A DNA stretch of 64,000 nt from positions 4,472-68,471 of the forward strand of contig NZ_JAAYXO010000014.1 of NCBI RefSeq assembly GCF_012515855.1, written 5' to 3'. Origin of the DNA: Gordonia sp. (in: high G+C Gram-positive bacteria) (GTDB lineage Bacteria > Actinomycetota > Actinomycetes > Mycobacteriales > Mycobacteriaceae). Of this stretch, positions 56,759-64,000 are shown piece by piece. Under the pieces are notes generated by a model. The model did not search any database, had not been told where the DNA came from, and saw only the letters and a list, made by a program, of their open reading frames with translations. The translations under genes were made by a program, and so were the position numbers. Numbering within the stretch: position 1 is the first letter of the stretch; every line of letters starts with the position of its first letter.

Positions 56759-57646
56759 ATGCGACCCACCCTGGCCGACTATCGGCACATCGCGTCCGGC
56801 AAGGTCCGCGACATCTACGAGATCGACGACGCCACGCTGTTGCTGGTGACGTCCGACCGGATCTCTGCCTACGACTTCATCCTCGACACTCCGATCCCGG
56901 ACAAGGGGCGGATCCTGACGGCCGCGAGCTTCTTCTGGTTCGACCACCTCGGGGTGCCGAATCACCTCGACGGCGGCCCCGAGGACGAGCGGATCCCGGC
57001 GGGCCTCGTCGGCCGCGCAATGGTCGTCAAGAGGCTGCCGATGGTGCAGGTGGAGTGCGTCGCGCGCGGCTACCTCACCGGATCCGGGCTCAGCGATTAC
57101 AACGCCACCGGATCGGTGTGCGGCGTGGAGTTGCCCACTGGACTCGGTGAGGCGGACAAGCTGCCGGAACCGATCTTCACCCCGGCCACCAAGGCCGCGA
57201 TGGGCGATCACGACGAGAACGTCAGCTTCGAGCACGTCGTCGGTGAGGTGGGCCAGGAACTCGCCACCGCCCTGCGCGAGGCCACCCTCGACATCTACGG
57301 CCGCGGCGCCGACCTCGCCGCCGAGCGCGGCATCATTCTGGCCGACACCAAGTTCGAGTTCGGGCAGGCGGCCGACGGCTCGCTGATCCTGGCCGACGAG
57401 GTGCTGACCCCGGATTCCTCGCGCTACTGGGACGCCGCGACCTACCAGCCGGGCGCGGTGCAGCCGAGCTTCGACAAGCAGATCGTCCGCAACTGGCTCA
57501 CCGGTCCCGACTCGGGGTGGGACCGCAAGTCCGAGACGCAGCCGCCCGCGCTGCCGGCCGACGTCGTCGACCGGACCCGCGCCCGCTACATCGAAGCGTA
57601 TGAGCGGATCTCACAGCTGAGCTTCGACGATTGGCCCGACGCATGA
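56759..57646 (+). CDS. purC: SAICAR synthase
   Basis: [50 protein letters not shown]; TAGAAT -10 seven nt before the ATG. Confidence 0.97.
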   Translation: MRPTLADYRHIASGKVRDIYEIDDATLLLVTSDRISAYDFILDTPIPDKGRILTAASFFWFDHLGVPNHLDGGPEDERIPAGLVGRAMVVKRLPMVQVECVARGYLTGSGLSDYNATGSVCGVELPTGLGEADKLPEPIFTPATKAAMGDHDENVSFEHVVGEVGQELATALREATLDIYGRGADLAAERGIILADTKFEFGQAADGSLILADEVLTPDSSRYWDAATYQPGAVQPSFDKQIVRNWLTGPDSGWDRKSETQPPALPADVVDRTRARYIEAYERISQLSFDDWPDA

Positions 57647-59781
57647 CGGTGACTCCTCCGGTCGCCAAGAAGGTGCCTGCGCCGCGCGTCCACCACGGTG
57701 ACACCTTCGTCGACCAGTACGAGTGGCTGCGCGCCAAGGACGATCCCGAGGTGATCGCCTATCTCGAGGGGCAGAACGCCTTCGTCGAGCAGCAGACCGA
57801 GCACCTGGCGCAACTCCGCACCGACATCTTCGGCGAGATCCGCTCGCGGGTCCAAGAGACCGACATGAGCGTCCCGACCCGCAGCGGCAAGTTCTGGTAC
57901 TACACCCGGACCACCGAGGGATTGGCGTACGGGGTGCGGTCGCGATCGCCGATCGCGTCCGACGATGACTGGACTCCGCCCGAGGTGACGCCCGGCGTCG
58001 ATCTCCCCGGTGAGCAGGTCTTCTTCGACGCCAACGCGGAGGCCGAGGGGCACGACTTCTTCAGCCTCGGTGCGCTGTCGGTGAGCCACGACGGTCAGTG
58101 GCTGGCCTACAGCATCGACCTCAAGGGCGACGAACGCTACACCCTGCGGATCAAGAACCTCACGACCGGCGAACTCCTGCCGGACACGATCGAGAACATC
58201 TCGGCGGGCGCCACCTGGTCCTTCGACGCGAAGTACGTCTTCTATCAGACCGTCGACGACGCCTGGCGTCCCGATTCGGTATGGCGTCACGAGGTGGGGT
58301 CCGCGGAGGCCGACGTCCAGGTGTTCCACGAGCCCGACGAGCGGTACTGGGTCGGCATCGGCGCGACGCAGAGCGACGAGTACCTGGTCATCGGCGTCGG
58401 TTCCAAGATCACGTCGGAGGCCTACGTTCTTCGGGCCGACGACCCCACCGGCGAGTTCGTCAGCGTCGCAGGTCGCACCGAGGGCGTCGAGTACTCGGTG
58501 GAGCACGCCCGGATCGCGGGCGACGACTGGTTCGTCATCGTGCACAACGACCAGCGCGCGGGCGGCGGGGAGAAGGCGATGGACTTCGCCGTCGACATCG
58601 TCCCCGTCGACGACTTCGCGGCCCGTCGCGAGCTGATCCCGCACCGGCCCGGGCGACGCGTGGAGGACGTCGAGTGCTTCCGCGACTACCTCGTGCTGTC
58701 GTATCGGGAGGACGCGTTGCCGCGGGTGGCGATCGCCGACCTGCGTCGCATCGACGGACTGCCGACGGTGGACGACTTCGTCGAAGTGACCTTCGATCAG
58801 GAACTCCGCTCTGCGGGCCTCGGCGCCAACGCCGAGTGGGAGACGCCCAAGCTGCGTATCGGCTACGGGAGTTACGTCGATCCGACCGAGGTCCTCGACT
58901 TGGATGTCGCGACCGGCGAGCGCACGCTGCTGCGCAGGCAGCCGGTCCTCGGCGGTTACGACCCCGCGGAGTACACCGCGGTCCGCGAATGGGCGGTCGC
59001 TGCCGACGGCACGCGCGTCCCGGTGTCGCTGGTGTTCCGTCGCGACCTGGATCGGTCCAAGCCCGCGCCGATGCTGCTCTACGGCTACGGCTCGTATGAG
59101 ACCTGCCTGGACCCGGGGTTCTCGGTGGCACGGCTGTCGATGCTCGACCGCGGGATGGTGATGGCGTTCGCCCACATCCGTGGCGGCGGTGAGATGGGTC
59201 GGCTCTGGTATGAGAACGGCAAAACGCTCACCAAGAAGAACACCTTCACCGACTTCGTCGACGTCGCGCGACATCTGATCGACACCGGGTGGACGTCGCC
59301 GCAGCACCTGGTCGCCGAGGGTGGAAGTGCGGGCGGCCTGCTGATGGGCGCCGTGGTGAACCTGGCGCCGGAGCTGTTCAACGGCATCCTGGCCGCGGTG
59401 CCGTTCGTCGACGCGCTGAACTCGATCCTCGACCCGTCGTTGCCGCTGACCGTCATCGAGTGGGACGAGTGGGGCGATCCGCTGCACAACGCGGAGGTCT
59501 ACGAGTACATGAAGTCGTACACGCCGTACGAGAACGTCGAGGCGAAGCCCTACCCGGCGATCCTGGCCGAGAACTCGCTGCACGACACCCGCGTGCTGTT
59601 CGTCGAGGCGGCCAAGTGGGTGGCACGCCTGCAGGAGTGCTCCACCTCCGACAATCCGATCCTGCTCAAGACTGAGATGTCCGCAGGCCACGGCGGCGTC
59701 TCCGGGCGTTACAAGCAGTGGGAGGAGACGGCCTTCGAGCTGTCGTGGATTCTCCAGCAGTCGGGCGCCCTGGGCGCCTGA
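57643..59781 (+). CDS. ptrB: Oligopeptidase B (S9A)
   Basis: [36 protein letters not shown]. Confidence 0.95.
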   Translation: MTVTPPVAKKVPAPRVHHGDTFVDQYEWLRAKDDPEVIAYLEGQNAFVEQQTEHLAQLRTDIFGEIRSRVQETDMSVPTRSGKFWYYTRTTEGLAYGVRSRSPIASDDDWTPPEVTPGVDLPGEQVFFDANAEAEGHDFFSLGALSVSHDGQWLAYSIDLKGDERYTLRIKNLTTGELLPDTIENISAGATWSFDAKYVFYQTVDDAWRPDSVWRHEVGSAEADVQVFHEPDERYWVGIGATQSDEYLVIGVGSKITSEAYVLRADDPTGEFVSVAGRTEGVEYSVEHARIAGDDWFVIVHNDQRAGGGEKAMDFAVDIVPVDDFAARRELIPHRPGRRVEDVECFRDYLVLSYREDALPRVAIADLRRIDGLPTVDDFVEVTFDQELRSAGLGANAEWETPKLRIGYGSYVDPTEVLDLDVATGERTLLRRQPVLGGYDPAEYTAVREWAVAADGTRVPVSLVFRRDLDRSKPAPMLLYGYGSYETCLDPGFSVARLSMLDRGMVMAFAHIRGGGEMGRLWYENGKTLTKKNTFTDFVDVARHLIDTGWTSPQHLVAEGGSAGGLLMGAVVNLAPELFNGILAAVPFVDALNSILDPSLPLTVIEWDEWGDPLHNAEVYEYMKSYTPYENVEAKPYPAILAENSLHDTRVLFVEAAKWVARLQECSTSDNPILLKTEMSAGHGGVSGRYKQWEETAFELSWILQQSGALGA

Positions 59782-59808
59782 CCTCAGGTCGGTCGAGTGC
59801 GACCGGTC

Positions 59809-59862
59809 TCCAGACAAACAAAGGACGCCGCCCGATTTCTCGGGCGGCGTCCCTTGTCTGGA
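59809..59862. terminator. Bidirectional terminator between ptrB and the MFS gene
   Basis: AAGGACGCCGCCCGA-TTTC-TCGGGCGGCGTCCCTT stem, with outer TCCAGACA/TGTCTGGA arms. Confidence 0.8.
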
Positions 59863-59921
59863 CAGATCGACTGTCTGGACAGATCGACTGTCTGGACAGA
59901 TCGACTGTCTGGACAGATCGA
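59855..59921. repeat. 17-bp tandem repeat, about four copies
   Basis: TGTCTGGACAGATCGAC at 59855, 59872, 59889 and 59906 (last copy 16 of 17 bp). Confidence 0.95.
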
Positions 59922-59922
59922 A

Positions 59923-61479
59923 TCAGTGCATCGTGACGGGCACAGAATTCTCGTCGTCGCCCGCGACGACCATCTTCTTGCGGGGCAGGAAGAAGGCCGG
60001 TATCACCGTCAGCGCGACCAGTACCGTCGCGATGATGAAGGTGTTGCCGTAGGTGGACGCGATGTCGCTGATGACATCGCCGCCTGCGGCCTGGACGGCC
60101 TGCGGATTGGTGACGTCGACGCCGTTCTCCGCCATCGCCTTGCCGACCCGTTCGGGGTCGCCGCCGGCCTGCATGATGGCACGCGAGAGCGGCAGCAGCA
60201 TCGTGGTGAAGATGACCGTGATGACGGCGGTGCCGATGGACGACGCGGTCTGCTGGATCGCGTTCATCAGCGTGGAGCCGTCGGGGATCTCCGAGCCGCG
60301 CAGGGTGGCGAGCGAGGCCGACATGATCGGCATCATCGTCATGCCCATGCCGAGGCCCTGGACGAACAGGGCGGCGCACAGGAACCAGTACGAGGTGTCG
60401 GTGTCGAGCGTGATGAACGCCGAGACGCCGATCGCGATGAGGACCAGACCGGCGAGCACGAATTTGCCGGGACCGATCTTGTCGGTCATCTTGCCCGCGA
60501 TCGGCATGGTCAGCATGGCGCCGATGCCCTGGGGCGCCAGGAGCAGACCCGCCATCAGGGTGGTCTCGCCGCGCACGATGATGAAGTACTGCGGGTACAG
60601 CAGCGAGGCGCCGAAGAAGGCGATCGCGAACATCGACATCGTGATCACCGCGGTGCGCAACGTCGGATTGCGGAACAGCCGGAGATCCAGCAGCGGGTTG
60701 GTGGTGCGGAAAGCGTGCCAGATGAAGGCGATGATCAGGAGCGCGCCGATGATCATCGGAACGAGGACGCGGACGGCCAGGAAGGTCTGCTCTTCGGCAC
60801 TCGACGAGACGCCGAACAGGAACAGGGCGAGGCCGGGGGAGAGCATGAGCAGGCCGATGACGTCGATCTTCTTGCCGGGTTCCTCATCGCCGCTGGGCAG
60901 GGCGTAGAAGGCGTAGACCAGCGCGACGACGCCGAACGGGATGTTGATCAGGAAGACCCAGTGCCACGAAGCGATCTCGATCAGCCAGCCGCCGAGGATG
61001 GGGCCCATGATGGGGCCGAGCAGCATCGGGATGCCGAGCACGGCCATGACCGAGCCGACGCGCTCGGGGCCTGCCGCGCGGGTCATGATCATCATGCCGA
61101 TGGGCATGAGGAGACCGCCGCCGAAGCCCTGGATCACGCGGAACGCGACCAGCGAGCCGATGTTCCAGGCCATGGCGCAGAGCACCGAGCCGATGAGGAA
61201 CAGCACGAGCGACGCCATGTAGACGCGTTTGGTTCCGAAACGGGAGGCCGCCCAGCTGGCGGCCGGAATCACCGCGGCCAGAGCCAGGGTGTAGCCGGTC
61301 ATCGACCACGCGGCGCCGGCGGCGGAGGTGTCGAACTCGGTGATGAAGGTGGGCTGCGCGACTGCGACAACGGTGACGTCGAGGATCGACATGATGGCGC
61401 CGAGGACGACGACACCGGCGACGATGAAGACATCGCGTCCCAGTTTGTCTGACGCGGCTCCCGGTGGGGAGGTGGTCAT
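59923..61479 (-). CDS. DHA2 (EmrB/QacA) MFS efflux transporter
   Basis: MSILDVTVV, FRVIQGFGGG, GPIMGPILGG, WVFLINIPFG; about 14 TM segments; emrB-like position after ptrB. Confidence 0.92.
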   Translation of the reverse strand: MTTSPPGAASDKLGRDVFIVAGVVVLGAIMSILDVTVVAVAQPTFITEFDTSAAGAAWSMTGYTLALAAVIPAASWAASRFGTKRVYMASLVLFLIGSVLCAMAWNIGSLVAFRVIQGFGGGLLMPIGMMIMTRAAGPERVGSVMAVLGIPMLLGPIMGPILGGWLIEIASWHWVFLINIPFGVVALVYAFYALPSGDEEPGKKIDVIGLLMLSPGLALFLFGVSSSAEEQTFLAVRVLVPMIIGALLIIAFIWHAFRTTNPLLDLRLFRNPTLRTAVITMSMFAIAFFGASLLYPQYFIIVRGETTLMAGLLLAPQGIGAMLTMPIAGKMTDKIGPGKFVLAGLVLIAIGVSAFITLDTDTSYWFLCAALFVQGLGMGMTMMPIMSASLATLRGSEIPDGSTLMNAIQQTASSIGTAVITVIFTTMLLPLSRAIMQAGGDPERVGKAMAENGVDVTNPQAVQAAGGDVISDIASTYGNTFIIATVLVALTVIPAFFLPRKKMVVAGDDENSVPVTMH

Positions 61480-61501
61480 GGTTTCTCTTTTCTAGAGGTA
61501 G

Positions 61502-61969
61502 TCAGAGACGGGCGGTGATCGGGTCTGAGATGGATTCGAGCGCCGTCGACATGGCCGACGTGAGATCGGCGCGCACATCGTCGGGAAGCTCGGCGACGAT
61601 GCCCGAGACGTCGTCCGCGCGCAGCCGGAACTGCTTCTGGATGAGCTCGTATCCCTTGTCCGACAGCGAGAGGCGCTTGACCCGGCGATCGCACTCGTCC
61701 TCACGGCGGGTGACGAGTTCCCCGGCCACCAGGCGGTCGGCGCCGCGGCCGGCCGCGGCGAGCGACAGATCGACGGCTTCGGCGAGTTCGTTGACGGACA
61801 GGTCGTGGTCGCTGCGCGAGAGGACCATCAGCATCCGAAGCTGCGAGAGGGTCATGTCGGTGGCGGCCACACGATCGACGGTGTTGCAGGAGACCCGTGT
61901 CGCGACCCGGTCGAGGAATGACAACAGCGCAGCTGTGCACGCCTCGACGGAAGAGTTGGATTTCGACAC
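61502..61969 (-). CDS. MarR-family regulator
   Basis: MTLSQLRML, LSVNELAE, DRLV..ELVTR, DRRVKRLSL; GTG start with TAACTT -10 seven nt upstream. Confidence 0.88.
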   Translation of the reverse strand: MSKSNSSVEACTAALLSFLDRVATRVSCNTVDRVAATDMTLSQLRMLMVLSRSDHDLSVNELAEAVDLSLAAAGRGADRLVAGELVTRREDECDRRVKRLSLSDKGYELIQKQFRLRADDVSGIVAELPDDVRADLTSAMSTALESISDPITARL

Positions 61970-61977
61970 CCAGAAGA

Positions 61978-62037
61978 AGTTACGCCCACGCAACTATTGC
62001 TGCAACGCAATAACTGGTTAGTTGCCTCACTGCCGCT
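61978..62037. promoter_or_regulatory. Tandem MarR-type operators in the marR/gpx divergent promoter region
   Basis: AGTTAC-N6-GCAACT (61978-61995), TATTGC-N6-GCAATA (61995-62012) and a weak AGTTGC-N6-GCCGCT (62020-62037). Confidence 0.65.
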
Positions 62038-62050
62038 TAGCATGTGGGAT

Positions 62051-62542
62051 GTGAGTCACTCCAACATCAAAGACATCCCGGTCCGCGCTCTCGACGGCGG
62101 CGACTTCAGCCTCGCCGATCTGACCGGCCCGCTCCTCGTGGTCAACGTCGCCTCCAAGTGCGGTCTGACCCCTCAGTACTCGGGCCTCGAGCAACTTCAG
62201 AAGACCTACGGCCCCCGCGGCCTCACCGTCGTCGGCGTTCCCTGCAACCAGTTCATGGGGCAGGAGCCGGGTACGGCCGACGAGATCGCTACCTTCTGCT
62301 CCACCACCTATGGCGTCACCTTCCCGATGCTCGAGAAGGCGGACGTCAACGGCGACCACCGCCACCCGCTGTACGTCGAGCTCACCAAGAAGGCCGACGC
62401 GAACGGTGAGGCGGGCGACATCCAGTGGAACTTCGAGAAGTTCCTCGTCGCCGCGGACGGAGCCGTCGCCGAACGCTTCCGCCCCCGCACCGAACCCGAC
62501 GCCCCGGAGGTCGTCTCGGCGATCGAGGCTGCGCTCGGCTGA
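62051..62542 (+). CDS. Cys-type glutathione peroxidase-family protein (mycothiol peroxidase-like)
   Basis: NVASKCGLTPQY, PCNQF.GQEPG, WNFEKFL; TAGCAT -10 seven nt before the GTG. Confidence 0.92.
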   Translation: MSHSNIKDIPVRALDGGDFSLADLTGPLLVVNVASKCGLTPQYSGLEQLQKTYGPRGLTVVGVPCNQFMGQEPGTADEIATFCSTTYGVTFPMLEKADVNGDHRHPLYVELTKKADANGEAGDIQWNFEKFLVAADGAVAERFRPRTEPDAPEVVSAIEAALG

Positions 62543-62647
62543 GGGAGCATCGGCCGACCGTGCCGCAGCAGGTAGAGTGGGCGCGTAACCGTCCGACCCC
62601 GTCGGGGTGGGACATTCAAAGACCTTCGGATGAGGAGCAGTGCCCGA

Positions 62648-62887
62648 ATGGCGCGTGTAGTGGTCGATGTGATGCCCAAGGCCGAGATTCTGGACCCGCA
62701 GGGTCAGGCGATCGTCGGTGCGCTGGGACGCTTGGGATTCGCCGGCGTCTCCGACGTCCGGCAGGGTAAGCGATTCGAGCTGGAGGTCGACGACTCGGTC
62801 GACGACGCCACCCTGCAGCGGATCGCCGAAGAACTCCTGACCAACACGGTCATCGAGAACTTCAACGTCACCCGCGTCTCGGAGTAG
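62648..62887 (+). CDS. purS: Phosphoribosylformylglycinamidine synthase subunit PurS
   Basis: [30 protein letters not shown]. Confidence 0.95.
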   Translation: MARVVVDVMPKAEILDPQGQAIVGALGRLGFAGVSDVRQGKRFELEVDDSVDDATLQRIAEELLTNTVIENFNVTRVSE

Positions 62888-62891
62888 AGAT

Positions 62892-63572
62892 ATGACTGCT
62901 CGTATCGGAGTCATCACCTTCCCCGGCACGCTCGACGACGCCGACGCGGCCCGCGCGGTCAACGCCGCGGGCGGCGAAGCCGTCAGCCTGTGGCACGGCG
63001 ACGCCGACCTCAAGGACGTCGACGCCGTGGTGGTCCCCGGCGGCTTCTCGTACGGCGACTACCTGCGGTGCGGTGCCATCGCGCGGTTCGCTCCCGTCAT
63101 GGGCGAGGTCGTCGCGGCGGCCGAGCGCGGCATGCCCGTCCTCGGCATCTGCAACGGCTTCCAGATCCTCTGCGAAGCCGGCCTGCTGCCCGGCGCGCTG
63201 ACCCGCAATGAGGGGCTGCACTTCATCTGCCGCGACGAGTGGCTGCGCGTGGAGTCGAACACCACCGCGTGGACCTCGCGGTACGAGGTCGGCGCCGAGA
63301 TCCTGATCCCGCTGAAGTCGGGTGAGGGTCGCTACGTCGCCTCGCAGCGTCAGCTGGAAGAGCTCAAGGGCGAGGGTCGCATCGCCTTCACCTACGCCGG
63401 CGGCAACCCGAACGGTTCCGCTCTCGACATCGCGGGAATCTCCAGCGCCAACGGTCGCGTGGTCGGCCTCATGCCGCACCCGGAGCACGCGATCGGCGCG
63501 CTCACCGGTCCGAGCGACGACGGCCTCGGGCTGTTCTACTCGGCACTGGACGCGGTGCTCGCATCAGTCTGA
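62892..63572 (+). CDS. purQ: Phosphoribosylformylglycinamidine synthase subunit PurQ
   Basis: [30 protein letters not shown]. Confidence 0.96.
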   Translation: MTARIGVITFPGTLDDADAARAVNAAGGEAVSLWHGDADLKDVDAVVVPGGFSYGDYLRCGAIARFAPVMGEVVAAAERGMPVLGICNGFQILCEAGLLPGALTRNEGLHFICRDEWLRVESNTTAWTSRYEVGAEILIPLKSGEGRYVASQRQLEELKGEGRIAFTYAGGNPNGSALDIAGISSANGRVVGLMPHPEHAIGALTGPSDDGLGLFYSALDAVLASV

Positions 63573-64000
63573 TGACGGCGAAGACTTCGGCAACGGCGGC
63601 GGGGCTCGGTGAGTTCATCGACGCCTCGCCGTCGCCGTTTCACGTCTGCGCGACGGTAGCCGCAGCCCTCGACGCCGCGGGTTACTCGCGGTTGTCGGAG
63701 ACGGATTCGTGGGCCGACTTCTCCGTAGCCATCGGGCGTCACTATGTGGTCCGCGGCGGCTCGCTCATCGCCTGGAACGCCGAGGCGGCCAGCGCGCGCC
63801 CGAAGCCTGGCATTCCGCGCTTCCGGATCGTCGGCGGTCACACCGACAGTCCCAACCTGCGCGTGAAGCAGAACCCCGACCGAACCAGTGCCGGTCTCGC
63901 GACGGTCGCGCTGGAACCGTACGGCGGCGCCTGGCTCAATTCGTGGCTCGACCGCGATCTCGGGCTGTCGGGCCGCCTGGCCTACGACGACCAGGGGCGC
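63572..64000 (+). CDS. apeB: M18-family aminopeptidase, partial (runs off the right edge)
   Basis: Not in the ORF track. Hand translation: [26 protein letters not shown]...[12 protein letters not shown]...[21 protein letters not shown]. Confidence 0.92.
   Translation, partial: MTAKTSATAAGLGEFIDASPSPFHVCATVAAALDAAGYSRLSETDSWADFSVAIGRHYVVRGGSLIAWNAEAASARPKPGIPRFRIVGGHTDSPNLRVKQNPDRTSAGLATVALEPYGGAWLNSWLDRDLGLSGRLAYDDQGR

Noticed and set aside
59855-59921. CRISPR or iteron array
   Set aside because: The repeats are contiguous with no spacers, and no rep or cas gene is nearby.

Overview
High-GC actinobacterial chromosome segment, most consistent with Gordonia or a close relative (Mycobacteriales). 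Inferred from gene content and from synteny with three M. tuberculosis blocks: Rv0464c-Rv0485 (ramB, icl, fadB2, hbhA, deoC, murB), thrE/otsA/otsB with tRNA-Thr, and phoPR/purD/purB/purC/ptrB/purS/purQ/M18 peptidase. I recognised no integrase, transposase, prophage, rRNA or CRISPR array. Accessory loci sit within the backbone. (1) A TetR-controlled acyl-CoA operon whose crotonase lacks the hydratase glutamates and carries the His/Asp dyad of C-C ring-cleaving hydrolases, next to a BadH-like SDR. (2) A multi-pass membrane domain + extra cupredoxin + complete NirK fusion. (3) A second Rv0474/MLDSR-like regulator upstream of a PHA synthase/depolymerase-fold enzyme and 3-hydroxybutyrate dehydrogenase, sharing GCTAGC boxes with the relocated hbhA gene. 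(4) A minimal CstR-like operon with an unannotated 45-aa six-Cys protein. (5) A TipA orthologue with an internal TipAS start and a promoter inside thrE. (6) A REP-like array before phoP, DnaA-like boxes before a RecQ-family helicase, and a low-GC orphan secreted protein. Many genes appear leaderless. All family calls come from motif recognition by eye; no database search was run. Start codons were refined by hand.
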